46,978 bases of DNA. Source: Guillardia theta CCMP2712. Lineage: Eukaryota; Protista; Cryptophyta. Both the position numbers and the translations under genes were made by a program. Below the pieces are notes generated by a model that was not told the origin of the DNA, ran no database searches, and was given only the letters and a program-made list of their open reading frames with translations. The stretch lies in the NCBI RefSeq assembly GCF_000315625.1, contig NW_005434420.1, forward strand, positions 1-46,978, written 5' to 3'. Positions 1 through 12,467 of the stretch are shown one piece after another; within the stretch, counting starts at the first letter, position 1, and every line of letters begins with the position of its first letter.

Positions 1-306
1 CCCTAACCCCTAAACCCTAAACCCTAAACCCTAAACCCTAAGCCCTAACCCTAAACCCTAAACCCTAAACCCTAAACCCTAAACCCTAAACCCTAAAGGC
101 TAAACCCTAAACCCTAAACCCTAAACCCTAAACCCTAAACCCTAAACCCTAAACCCTAAACCCTAAACCCTAAACCCTAAACCCTAAACCCTAAACCCTA
201 AACCCTAAACCCTAAACCCTAAACCCTAAACCCTAAACCCTAAACCCTAAACCCTAAACCCTAAACCCTAAACCCTAAACCCTAAACCCTAAACCCTAAA
301 CCCTAA
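1..306. repeat. Telomeric repeat array (CCCTAAA)n, TTTAGGG type, at the chromosome/scaffold end
   Basis: About 43 tandem CCCTAAA units from base 1, with a few variant units (ccctaag, ccctaa, ggctaaa) in the first ~100 bp; C-rich strand at the 5' end as expected for a left telomere. Confidence 0.98.
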
Positions 307-631
307 CGTCGTGCCTGCTGACATGTCGAGCGGATGGCTTCTGCGATAGCGTCGGGGGTGCATCCCTCCACAGCCTTGCAAGCCTGGGCTGTCCTGCTGT
401 TCGGATAACGCTTCGCGAAGCTCTTCACCCTCTCGACGAGATCAGCTTCGAGGACAGAGGCATCCACAAGTCCGCTCTGCGTGTATTGGCATGATCTCCG
501 ATACAGCATGTTGCAAACATTTTCATCATACTGAAGAAACCATACTTAGAAAGCTATTTGAAGTATACAAACCTCTCGCTTGCAGCTTCCTTGGGGCCCT
601 GGCGGCTTCCCCTACACCTGACAAGGAGCCA

Positions 632-698
632 TGCTGCCGAAAATAACGGCGCCTGCTGCCGAAAATAACGGCGCCTCCTAAACCCTAAACCCTAAACC
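632..698. repeat. 22-bp direct duplication followed by a short interstitial telomeric block
   Basis: tgctgccgaaaataacggcgcc occurs at 632-653 and 654-675; cctaaaccctaaaccctaaacc follows at 677-698. Confidence 0.9.
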
Positions 699-819
699 AG
701 CCTTGAATGGTGTTCAAGCTGCTTATCAGCCCTCACATATACAATTCTAGTCTAAAGAGGCGCGCGAGCACTGGGAGTACACGGCCTACAATGCTACCCT
801 GCTTCTGAGGTCTCGTCCT

Positions 820-1737
820 TCTTTCTACTTCTGCTGTCTTCTCTTGGCTTCCTAAGCCTCAGTCAGGAGAGTTGCCTCTCCTCACCTTGGCCTTCAGTCG
901 CCACCTACTCCTCCTCCATTCAGCTTCCTCAGCCTCAGTCAGAAGAGTTGCCTCTCCTCACCTTGGCCTTCGGTTGCCTCCCGGAGTCCTACCTTCTCTC
1001 CTTACCTTGCCTACCTTGCTGGCTCGTCGGTTGCTCTTCGACTTCGCCGTGTTGTCTTGCTTCATGCTCAGCACAGCTCAAGCCGCTCGGCCCCCGCCCT
1101 CGCCTTGCTCTTCTTCCATGTCTTCCTCTTCTTCGTCATCTTCCCTCATCTCCACCCGCAGTCGGTCCTTCTTGTCCNNNNNNNNNNNNNNNNNNNNNNN
1201 NNNNNNNNNNNNNNNNNNNNNNNNNNNNNNNNNNNNNNNNNNNNNNNNNNNNNNNNNNNNNNNNNNNNNNNNNNNNNAGGAACTTGAAGAGATCGACGCT
1301 CTATGTCGTCGCTCTCCGCCTCCTGCTCAAGCTCAGCAGCTGCCGTTGCCCGTGGCGAGAACGCGCTGCCCCTCCTTGCCTTCTTGCTCTCTCCTTGCAC
1401 GCGAGTCCAGCGCTTGCTCTGCAGCCACTTCCCCAGCTTCTCCTTGAGAACGTTGCGCCCCACTCCCTGCTCCTCTGGCGTCTTCGCCCACTCTCCCGAG
1501 TCCCAGCGACATGAACTCCAGACTCCCCCGAGAGTAGAAGGTGTCGTGGAGATTGCCAACGGCCTTGTCCAGGACCAGCTTGATCGGCTCGCTCGTCCCC
1601 GCCTCGTTCAAAGAAGCTGCATCTTCGATGACTGCTGACAGCTCGCTGACGAGCTGCATGTCCTCTTGGCTTGACGGAGATGCTGCCTCCATTGTGATCC
1701 TCTCCAGGTCTGCTGCGCCTTCGAGATAGAAGGGCAT
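820..1737 (-). pseudogene. Subtelomeric degenerate/hypothetical E/K/R-rich coding-like sequence
   Basis: Minus-strand ORF MPFYLEGAADLERITMEAASPSSQEDMQLVSELSAVIED... followed by purine-rich, coiled-coil-like sequence across the N gap; ~40-bp internal duplication (about 858-897 and 932-971) carrying stops. No recognisable domain. Confidence 0.25.
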
Positions 1738-2050
1738 GCTATCAGTGTTTAGCTTGCAGGCTTGAACACTGACGATGCAGACGGCGCAGTCACTGTCGCG
1801 CCGGCCCGGGCGGCCGGCGGGCTGAAGTCGAGTTGACTGAAAAAAACAAAAAAAAAAGTCTCGCAACAAACTTTTCCCGCGCTCTTTCAGTGCCACAAAC
1901 CTTGAACATGCGCGCATGCTCGACCTCGCACTTGATATCCCCTGTCGCATGCTTGTATCTGAGAAATTGAATGAAAACATATGTTTTTCTAACTTTGATA
2001 TATCCTGATCTGCCAGCAGAAGACATCTGAGTCGAAAATTCTTTATTCAA

Positions 2051-3660
2051 ATGAAAGCTCAATCGCACCCAGGTAATGATTTCTGATCACCGACATTGTT
2101 TTCACCTGTTTCATTCCTGGCAGTCTTGGAAAGAAAGATTTTTGTTGGAGGACTTGCACCCGACGTGACTGAAAAAGAACTACACGACCATTTCTCTGTA
2201 CTGCAAGATTCTGTATTTTGCAAATTCTGAGTTTTCCATCAACAAAAGGCATTCGGAGAGGTTGAAAAGGCTTGGATCAAAACAATCTTTCGAAGTGCAG
2301 ACATCATTCATTGATTCTCTATCTTAGCTTTGTTTGTTTGGTAGATAACAAATGGAGCTCGAGAGGGTTTGGATTCGTAGTGTTTGAGAAATCGGATACC
2401 GCAAAACACGTCGTTACTGTGACGCACGAGATAAATCATAAAGTCTGCGAAGCCAAGGAATTTTTCAAAATATCAAATCAATTCAATCCTCATTTTTGAG
2501 TTAGGTTGCTGTCCCATATCCAAGCCCTTCTTCAAAACAAGAAAATACCATTGAAGAATCACATGGCAGCCGTTCCCTGGATTCTTGCAAGGCATTTGTT
2601 TTCTGGAAATATGGCAAGTTCAACTCTTTGGAACTTTTCGAATACGCAAATGTTTGCTTTCTTCTTCAATCAAAACCATCATCTCACTATTTTTACAGAA
2701 GATTTGGGGAAGCAATGTGAGATGGGCCGAAGTTTTGAAAAATCCAGAAACAAAACGTTATCGAAGGTAAGGCATTTAATGAAGTTGTTCGGTGGCTCAC
2801 GATTGAAAAGATGTGGCTTCATCACGTTTCGATCTGAAGTTCTTGCAAGAGAAGCTATGGGGCAAAGAGTGAATAAGCTTGAAGGTAAAAGTGATTATGT
2901 CGGAACTCTATGAATCTGCGAACAGGCATGCCAGAGCTGACGCTGAAAGAAGCTTTTGAGAGGTCCTTCACCACGTTTAGGGACGTTGACGAGAACAGAT
3001 CAGCAACTTCCAGTTTTGTGTGTCAAGAGGAGGAGTATTCGACTGATGAACAATCTTGCGAATCATGCTGCTCGCAATCTTCGAAGGAATGCCAGCGAAA
3101 GAATACGGAAGACAATGCAAAAACTCAGAAAGAGGAAAACCACAAAGAGGACGGAAGGTATTTTCAATTTCTTTCGAATATCTCTGAATTGTGCTCAACT
3201 TTGGTCAACAGCTCAGACGATTCAACATATTCTGCTGGATCTTGGTAATGCTCTCTCAACCTTGCCAAATTGATTTGATGATCGCAGCGGAATTAGTTTT
3301 TCTGGATCGCTCCAAGGCCTAAACGGTTGTGGACGATTCGAACCTCTTTATTCTGAGACATCCCCTGCCCAAGACTGGACGCCAAATCGAGCTGTATCCA
3401 TGTTTCCTCAGCATTATTTCATAGCACTTGTTCCACCGTATCAGGGTGCATCGCCTATCATGCCTGACCGATCAATGCTGGCACATTCAATGCCCCTTCC
3501 ATGCATGCTCTATAGCCCACCTGCGCAGCCATTTGGTGCTTGGAGTATGCAAGATACAGGAACAGGATTATTCAACTTTGGAGATTCATCATTTGAAAGA
3601 CCTTCATGTAAAAATTTGCATTTCTGGAAAAAATATGTTGACTTTGTGAATCCAGTTTAA
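2051..3660 (+). CDS. RNA-binding protein with two RRM domains (Musashi/hnRNP A-like), multi-exon
   Basis: ATG 2051, MKAQSHP, intron, then ERKIFVGGLAPDVTEKELHDHFS (RNP2) and SRGFGFVVFEK...HEINHKVCEAK (RNP1). A divergent second RRM follows (RHLFSGNM; RCGFITFRSEVLAREAM), then a low-complexity tail; last exon open to TAA at 3658-3660. Confidence 0.8.
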
Positions 3661-4105
3661 AATACGTTGAGCGACATCTATCGAATGAAATGCCGTTGTG
3701 CATTGTGAGTTCTCTGATGAGTGTGAGAACAAATTTCTTTACAAATAGTAAATTCTAAGGGACTGAACGGGTTTAGGGTTTATGGGGAACGGGAAAATTT
3801 CTTAAGCAACAAAAGAATAGGCGTGAGTGTCGATCAAATATTCGACAGAAAGCAAACCAACGCAGCCAAAGCTTGCAAGTGGTGTGAGAGAAGGAGCCTG
3901 GTGGATGTTAGAGAAAGGGGGCTTACCAGTGATGAAGCAGTTGGAGTTCCGCGGAGATAAGGGAGTCAACACACGAAAGAGACGACACATTTGAAGCTTG
4001 GTTTCGTCAAGGATGTAGCAGCAGGATCCATTGGATTGCACTGACAAATGATACTGTTTTGACTTTTTTGTAGTTGACTGAAATGTATCACACTGCACCT
4101 GCCGC

Positions 4106-6243
4106 ATGGCTTTACCTCGTATGCCGCAAGGAGACTTGCGAGGGGTTGCAAGCAAGAAAGAGACACCACAAGTCAACCGTTTCGATAGCGACGACGAGGA
4201 GGATGTACCTGGAACTAGGCCTAGCAGCTTCCAAGACTCTTCTCTACCGCTCATCTATGCCGATAGCAAGCCTCGCAAACTCATCGGAACAACGGTAACT
4301 GCTTCGTTTGCTGATTGAACATGCTCCGTGTGCTGATTGATCATACTCCGTGTGCTGATTGAACATGCTCCGTGTGCTGCTTGAACATGCTTTCCAACGT
4401 TACTTGTCAGATACATGCGGCTGCGCGGCGGAATAGGTTGGACATTCTGCAGGAACTTATCCTGATAGGCCGGGCAGATATCAATGCGAAGGATGCACAA
4501 GAGATGACATCAGTATGTCGCAATCTTTGTGGCCTCGGTTCCTATTGACCGTTTCGTCGCAGCTTCATTACGCATCAAAGCGCGGGAACGATGCTATCGT
4601 TGAATTTCTAATCAACAACCGAGCAAACCTCAATATTCAGAATCAGGTTGAGAGCATTCTTTGTTGCACAGATAAATAACTTGCATGCCTGTGTCAGACT
4701 GGATGGACCGCTCTTTCTATAGCCATCCAAAATCGACGACAGTCAGTGGCCAAGATGCTTCTTAAAGGCCATGCGGATCCCTGCACTGCGTCCTCCGGCA
4801 ACATCACTCCATTGCATCGAGCAGCTGCGTTGGGGGAAGAGGAGCTAGCAAACATGTTAGTTCGTGCAGGAGCTTCATTCCTATGCTGTGACTCCCTTCG
4901 TCGGGACACTCCTGTCCACTATGCTGCAAACCAAGGGCATACGTCCATCATTCAATTCTTCGTAGGAGAAAGCAGGTGAAGAGAGATGATGTCACTGTAT
5001 ATGATAACAAATCCAGTTCAGAAGATGGCTAGACATGGTCAATGACTGGGGACAGACCCTGCTACATGTTGCTGCTGAATCGGGGCAAGTTTTGTTTCTA
5101 TACAAATCAGCATGTTTGACTTCAGTTTGGCTCTAGTTTTATTGATATCGTTGAGTATGCCCTTCGATTCGGGTCCACAGACTCTTGGAGAAGGAAACCA
5201 AAACATGAGTTTTGAAGAGATCGTAATTTTTCTTTTAGAGAGTTTGTGAATAGGAAAGACAAAAGGGACGGAGACTCTGCACTGCATCTTGCTGTAAAAA
5301 GCCAAAACATTGAGGTTTGTGAAAGCTAAATGAAGCCAAAACATACCTGATCATCCTCAAAGGTGGTGAAAGTCTTGGCAAACTCTGTGGTAAGAAATCA
5401 TGGAAGCGATACCTGTTCTTGATCTCTCATTGCCACTTTAGTTCTGTGACATCAATCAGCTCAACGATCTCGATCAAGCTCCTCTTCATCTGTCGGTCGC
5501 TCTTGGAGATCGTCAAATTCAACGAGTTCTTGTTCTTGCAGGTGGTCTCTAACATCTTGTTTCTTGTCTCACACAAAACAGGAGCAAACACAAGGACAGC
5601 AGACACTGATCTCAAGCTCCCAACTCAGGTCAGAGAGCTTTTTCTTCATTCTATTGTTTGTTGACCTAAGCTAAAGCTGATCATTACCACTGGTGCCTCG
5701 CGAGTCTTGAAAGCTCCAGATCCGGTTCGAAGTACCGCGGCCCTCAAAGGGTTGACCCGCTTTGTTTTCTTATTTCTCATGACAAGAGGCTTAGAATAAC
5801 ATGGGAAAGTGAACTAAGAAAGCACCGGATCTCTGGCAGGGCCACGAGACTGGTGGAAGAGCAGAGGCAGCTAGAGGCTGCTCGCGTTCGAAGAGAGCAC
5901 GAGCAGATGGAAATGGAGCTCACTAGGCGGGTCTTGCGGACCCACGAGAAAGCGCTTGACGAAGAGCGAAATGAGCTTGCTCGTCGCCTGCGCCAAGAAA
6001 CAGCCGCAAACAAGATTTCAAAAATGTTCCGTCAGTTTCTCGTGGCGAGGCAGGAGAAGAAGAGGCAGCAGGCAATCGAGCGAAAGCGTGCACAGAAAGA
6101 GGCTGCCAGGCGACGAGAAGAAAGAGAGAAAGCAAAAGATGTATGGCCATTAGCTTTACAACTTGCAATGCTGCTCTTGACCAAATTGTTAGGAATTGGC
6201 AAGATTACAAATAAGAAGGAATGACGACGGAGTAGGGGAGTGA
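4106..6243 (+). CDS. Ankyrin-repeat protein with C-terminal coiled coil and IQ-like motif, multi-exon
   Basis: Spliced ankyrin repeats: IHAAARRNRLDILQELI...ADINAKD, LHYASKRGNDAIVEFLINNRANLNIQN, GWTALSIAIQ, ITPLHRAAALG, DTPVHYAANQGH, GQTLLHVAAESG, GDSALHLAVKSQN. E/R-rich coiled coil with AANKISKMFRQFLVARQ; last exon 6193-6243 (ELARLQIRRNDDGVGE*). Confidence 0.85.
4310..4391. repeat. Intronic minisatellite, 22-bp unit x ~3.7
   Basis: tgctgattgaacatgctccgtg repeated with 1-2 mismatches in the first ankyrin-gene intron. Confidence 0.85.
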
Positions 6244-6268
6244 AGGGAAATCTGAGGTGTAAGCAAGA

Positions 6269-7624
6269 TCAAAGCCGAGGTTTGAGAAGGCTTTGAGAAG
6301 CAAAGCGACTACTGAGAGGTGTTAGCTCTCCTCTGAGGTTCTGCAGCATTGCGCGAGAAACCTGCGTTGAGCAAGATCAGACGTAGACCTTTGCAACAGA
6401 CCCGCATCACCTGCTCCGGAGACAAACCCTTGCCGAACAAATATGCGAGCTTTGCACAGGTAGCCTTCAGCAGTTGTCAAGGAGAAACGCTAGTGTAGAA
6501 GAACAAGACCTCAGTCGTCATGTCCAGCGCAGGCACAATACCAACACGGTTGAGGGCATCATTGACAGCATAGGAGCCGACTGCGACAGACCCGCTAGCA
6601 CATTGCGACGTGACGACCACGATACAGCCCTTCTCTTTGGCAAGGGAAAGCGCACGGAAGAGGTTGGGGTCGCGGCTACTGACGTTGCCTCCGCCAAAGA
6701 GCTCCAGGACGATGGCTCGACACGTTTCAGTGCCAGCGGATGCGAGACGGAGGATGGAGTCGATGTCGAAGGTGGGAACCATCTTGATGACCACCATCCT
6801 TGTCGACATGTTTTCGTGCACTCTAAACCTTCCCTTGGGGATCGGAAGAACCAAGTTGTGCTTGAGGTGTAGTGAGATCCCGAGAGTGGCAAGCGGAGGA
6901 AAGTTGGGGCTGACAAAGGCTCGCAGACTCCCTGAGTCTCCTTTCCTACAGCGATTTGCTCGAAAGAGCTTGTTGTCGAAGAAGGTGCAGACCTCCGGGA
7001 CCTCAAGCGACGCGGCGAGAGAGATGGAAGTCAGCAGATTTCTTTTCGCGTCGCTGAAAGGCTGCATAATATCCAATTAGTCACTAGATCAAGCACCCAA
7101 ACTCTTTCACCTGGTTCAGCGGGATTTGTGCTCCTGTTAGTATAACTGTCTTGCCTGTTGCGCAATGTCAATAGATGTTCGCATGTTTGTCGTGATGCTC
7201 CACCAAGATTTTCCAACATGAAAGACAAAGCCGAACCAGTATATGCCAGAGTGTCTGTTCCCATTACCACGACGAACCCGTCATACGTGAGATAGTGCTC
7301 TCCAATCATGCACGCTATCGTCGTCCAGTGTCTGTCCGTTATGTCCGGACCATCCACGAGAGGACGAAACTCCTTCACGTCAACGCGCGTGCCCATGCGG
7401 TGCAAGCTCAGCAGGTCGTGTATAAGCATGCTTGGAGTGTCATTCTCATTCACAAATTCCCCATTTTCATCCATACGCGACCTGCAAGGAAGCTCGGTTA
7501 CTCCTTGAGCCGGCTCGAGCAGCACTGACCCCATCTGACCGCCTGTGAAGACAACGAGGACGGATGCTGAGCTCTCATGCTCCAGACACAACGGCATGGA
7601 CCCTTTACCGACTTTCTCGGCCAT
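6269..7624 (-). CDS. L-asparaginase type I (AnsA/lysophospholipase family) homolog, multi-exon, with active-site substitutions
   Basis: VLVVFTGGQMG, YDGFVVVMGTDTLAYTGSALSFMLENLG|KTVILTGAQIPL, EVCTFFDNKLFRANRCRK...AFVSPNFPPLA, AIVLELFGGGNV, VVTSQCASGSV, DMTTE|ATCAKLAYLFG, MLQNLRGELT. Stop at 6269-6271. A short upstream exon from an ATG at 7704 is possible. Confidence 0.9.
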
Positions 7625-7899
7625 CAATCATCAGTGCAGCAGAGACCTCTTGCATCTGCACCTTGCGACAAACCCTCGTCCCGTTGTCCTCCAGAGGCAA
7701 CCATGTGATCTGTTTGTCAGCTGCTCTGGCCTGACGAGGCCCCGCTTATTCGTCTGATCAGCTAACACTATCTTGTATCAGCTCCTCCTATCTGTTTTAT
7801 CAGCTCCTCTTCTCCCATCTCTCATCTCAGCTCCTCTCCTCCAATCTCTGTTATCAGCTTTTCTCCCATCTCGGATTCCAGTAGCTCTGAGGTTGGCTC

Positions 7900-8445
7900 G
7901 GATAGGGAGCGGAGGAGGGCAGGACGGAAGGAGGGCAGGACAGAAGGAGGAGAGGGCAGGAAGAAGAGGGGAGGCAGGAGGGAGGAGAACGGGTAGGAGG
8001 GAGGAGAGATGAGGGAGGAGAGATGAGGGAGGAGGGAGAAGGGAGGAGGGGGGGCGGTGCCGATGGAAGATGGAGGGAGGAGGGAGGAGGGAGGAGGGAG
8101 GAGGGAGGAGGGAGGAGGGAGGAGGGAGGAGGGAGGAGGGTCGGGGGAAGAGGATTAGGTGTGGTGTGTTTGTCGGTAGGGGCTGCGGGAGGAGGTCCCC
8201 GGAGAACTGATGCTTGATGTCGGAGATAGGNNNNNNNNNNNNNNNNNNNNNNNNNNNNNNNNNNNNNNNNNNNNNNNNNNNNNNNNNNNNNNNNNNNNNN
8301 NNNNNNNNNNNNNNNNNNNNNNNNNNNNNNGGGAGGAGGGGGGAGGGAGGAGGGAGGAGGGAGGAGGGAGGAGGGAGGAGGGAGGAGGGAGGAGGGAGGA
8401 GGGAGGAGGGAGGAGGGAGGAGGGAGGAGGGAGGAGAAGGGGCAG
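7900..8445. repeat. Purine-rich (GGAGGAG)n microsatellite tract interrupted by an assembly gap
   Basis: Heptamer gagggag arrays at about 8073-8140 and 8331-8435 flanking 100 Ns (8231-8330). Confidence 0.9.
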
Positions 8446-11400
8446 GAAGGAATGGTGGAAGAAAACATGAGAAGGGCATGATAGCTTGTTCATGAAATGT
8501 GCAAGGAAACTTGACTATTTGACATGTTTCCATTTTAATTTCAAAGTACAAAGTTTCGATCCACTGTTTCTTTGCCTCGCCCTTTGACACAAGACCATAG
8601 TTCAGCACGACTTCATTTGAAATGAAAGAAATCTTATTGCCTGCTCAGGTGAGAAGTCACATTACAGTTCTCCACCTGCCAGGAATCATTTGTCTGGTTG
8701 TGCTTATTCTGGTGTCCTTGTGAAGATCAGGCATAGATACACAATGATTCAACGCTGTTGAATGGTACGCTGCTGATGGTAGCGAAAGGAACGGGAGCGG
8801 TTCAGTCTCGGAGGAGGAAAAGACTGAAATCAAAGGGCTCGCGCCAAAGAAGTTTTCGAATGATTCCAGAGGTGTTGGAGAAGGCATCTTGGCAACGAAG
8901 AGGTGTGGTTGTGATGGCAGATAACAAGATTCGGAGGACAGAATGCAAATAGGAAGCGAAGAAGATTTGTGAGACAACAAAAATAAAATCAGGAAGAAGA
9001 ATAGAGTGGCTGTAGGGAACAGGAGCAGGTCAAGCTGCAGGTCAAGCAAGGTTGAGAGCAGGGGGAGGGGGATGGTATGGGTCGCAAAAGTCTCAAATCC
9101 AAGGAAAGAGTTCTTCGAAAAAGAGTGGTATCGAGCAAAGGGGTTACACACACGGAGGAAACAATTTTCAAAAGGAGTTTTTTCAATGTACCGTAGAAAC
9201 GCGATATGGTCAGCAAGCCATGATCGAAACATGGCTGGCGTAGAAACGTGCAGAGCGGAGTTTATCTAAATCTTTGACGATCACAAGCAAAGAAATGTCA
9301 CGCCAGAGCAGATCGTGACTATGGGGACAAAGCGACCCGCAACGCTTTCACTGCTGAGCAGTTAGTTCACACTGGAAGAAGCAACCTGTTACCTGAACAG
9401 GAGAACTCCCAACAAGGATGAGAGGAGGATGCCTCCGCCTGCAACCTCATCACTTCCAGCACGCTCCCTTTCTCGCCATCACCTCGCTTGATTGCTGTGA
9501 CATAAACAGGAGAGATCCAGGCAAAAGCTTGATAACTGTTGCACGTGTCACTGCCAGCCACACGCAAGGAGAAGTGTACAGCGAAAGCATGTAAATGGCA
9601 TCTGAAAGGCAGATCGCGAAAATGAGCAGCAGCACTGGAGGTGCCATGAACTGGTAGCTCAGTCAGCTTACAGTTGAGACTAAACCGGAAGAACCTTCTT
9701 CAGTTCACGAAATGTAAGGCCTCCAGACATGAACGAGCCACCTAGAGTAGTACTGACCATGCCGTCAAGCGCAATATTAGCTGCATAGCACGAAAGCTAC
9801 CTCGCCATTAGCAATCTTCCATATGCATAGTACAACGTCTTTCCTGCCGATTTGATTGCAACCTTGCGAAAAGGATTCAGAGATTACAACAGGTTGCGCG
9901 GGAAACTTGGAGTTAGCTCAACGAAGCGATTATGGAAGACCTTGTCAAGTCTAGATGTAAAGCCATAGATGACACAGTTGATGAGGATAAACCATGAGCC
10001 CAGGGGAAGCGGTCCCAGCATCTTGGCCTGCAAATGTTTTCATCCATCCAATATTCATTCTCATTGATTGCAAACCTCCTTGACGTTTCCACTTGATCCT
10101 TTCGGTGCAATCCCTTTTCCAAGCAAGAAGGCACCATATGCAATGCACCTTTCACACAGATTATCCCCAAGGTTTCATTGTGAATTGTTTGAGATAATCA
10201 CCCAACAGATAGGATGTGATACGGAGGATATGACGTTTTTGCTTCGTCGCATCCAAATTCAATCATTCTATGCCATCCTGAGGTCAGCAGAAACACAAGA
10301 CCACTCCTGACATTACTTGCATGCAAGCGGCATCACGGCTACTCCGACCAGGAATTGCATAACAGGATCAAAAGCCTGACAGAACCTCAGATCCATTTCC
10401 CCGCAAATGTGTTCACACCAGAAACGGTGCACAAAGGGAAATGTCAGACTCCGCAAAGGCCTGCACAACTTTTATATTACGAAAATGCAAAAGTGAGGCT
10501 CTTACTTTGGTCTCAAGAGTTTTGACAATAGAATTTAAAACGGATGCACTGACAGCAGCAATCCAGAACGCTCTTGGGATTGAAGCGCGTCAACTCAACA
10601 CAACATGAAAGAAGACTTGTTGGACCTTGGGGGCAGTGCATCTGTCATCTCTTGCACGGAACCGAACTTCAAATCTCCGGACTGCAAAAGCGTCAGACTA
10701 AACGAAACATCTCGTAGCAAGCAACATTGAAACAATAGATTATTGAAACGATTCCTTGAAGCAAAGTTGCAATGCCAACCTATCGCATGGATATGAGTTC
10801 AGGTATCAAAAATAAAGCAGGCCATACTTGCTGTGCACTGCCGATGTTATGCTGGGACAGAATTTTGCGGAATGCACCCACGGCAGCATTTCCTAAGAGA
10901 CGAGTCATGAAACAAGAGGTCTTCAAGAGCCTTACCAATAAGAGCGACCCCGGCCAGTGCCAGACCCATAGCGTAGTTTTGGTCCTTAACTGAAGAAGTA
11001 GTCTTCGTCGATGCACCACTGGAAAGCCTTACCTGGATTGTTGATCAACGATCATCAAGGAATTAAATAGAAATTACTTGATAGAACGACGCAGCAGTCA
11101 CAGCTACAAGTGCAAAAGAAATCTGATTGGAAATCGAACTAAAAAGTCCTGACTTTGGAGGCGATTTGCTGCAAGATCTTTAAGAATTTGAGCGACAAGT
11201 TGTTAGGGTTGCTCACAGCTCAGATTCAGAGGACATTTTTGAGTGCAGTTCGTTCTCCTGAGAAATATCAATAACAACAACATCGGTCAAACATCATTCT
11301 TACAGAGCTCTTCACGTCCCAGGTCTCACTTGTTGCTGATTTGACGTAAGATACAGAACATTTCGCGCTCAAGCACACACCTACTGTATCGAAGCCTTGA

Positions 11401-12467
11401 TTCACTGCAATTGCCTGTCGAAACGCTTATTACGACAGAAAATCAATGTCTTCAAAACCTCAGCAAATTCAACCGACAGCTGGCGCAGAGGTTTGAAAGA
11501 CTGTGACCCTTTCCTGCAGCGTGACGCACTTTTTAATGCAGGATTCCGGGTTCTCATCCTTTACGCAACCTGCTTGGAACTTTCGTATTGTCGATACGAA
11601 TGTCCGCAGCGCCTGTTTCATTATGCTTGTTAGTCGGATCTGCGACTGTCGACACAAATGGAACCGATGTTAGATGGCAGAGCAAGACAGCACCAAATCT
11701 TGTTGAAGAAAACTGAGGATTACATCGAGAGCAGCACATTCGAAAAAACCTGAGTTGCCAGGAAAATAAACAACACAGGCGAGACGCACGTCTTGAAAGT
11801 CCATGTCAGCTCCCGCAAGGGCGGCGCATTCGCTTCACCTTAGCTATTGCAAGTGATCTCACTGCCATGAATCGACCCCTCAGGGTGTAGCAAGGCAAAA
11901 TCGTTCTCTGGTGGCTGCATCGATATGGCGTCAGCTACCGGCACACTGGCTGGATTCAAGAGCACAAGGATTCTCTGTCGTCAAAATCTACCAATGCTGG
12001 ACGTATCTCGATGAATGTTTTACACGCTTCTTATTCTACAGTCTGAGTGTTGATCAGCTGCATCAAGACGGGCTTCTGAGCAGCTCATCCTGTCTTGATC
12101 CAGCCCCCTTTCCTCCTTGCGTCTCTTCCTTTCCTCTCATTGCGGCCCCTCTCGTCAACAAGCGAGAGGACAGCGACATTTTTACTCAAAATTGCAGCAG
12201 TGGCGACCGGGCACCCGGCTATTCCTTTACTCAAAGTTAAGTTAAAAATTAGTACGAGGACAATGAGTAAAATTTTGAGTCATACCACCGATGATGGAGT
12301 TGACCTTTTTTTTCGTTTTTGCTAAATCGATAGAAGGAAGCTAAATCGGTGGGACATGCTGGCATGAGGGAAGCAAACGGGCGTAGCAGCTGCTCTCTCG
12401 GACGCCTGGCGTTGGTCTCAATCTCTCCTGATCCTTGCTGACCGTCAGAACAGCTTGCTTCCTCGCC

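Noticed and set aside
1178-1277. N runs at 1178-1277 and 8231-8330
   Set aside because: 100-N scaffold gap placeholders; ORFs crossing them are unreliable.
3769-3787. gggtttagggtttatgggg as a telomere remnant or telo-box
   Set aside because: Under two perfect units; could be chance.
7773-8608. Pro/Ser/Leu-rich and Gly/Arg/Glu-rich ORFs
   Set aside because: They are translations of the GGAGGAG microsatellite and run through an N gap.
8650-12200. Possible gene(s) in the AT-richer stretch between the asparaginase and channel genes
   Set aside because: Only short ORFs on both strands, no recognisable motif, and I could not build a consistent spliced model. Left unannotated rather than declared non-coding.
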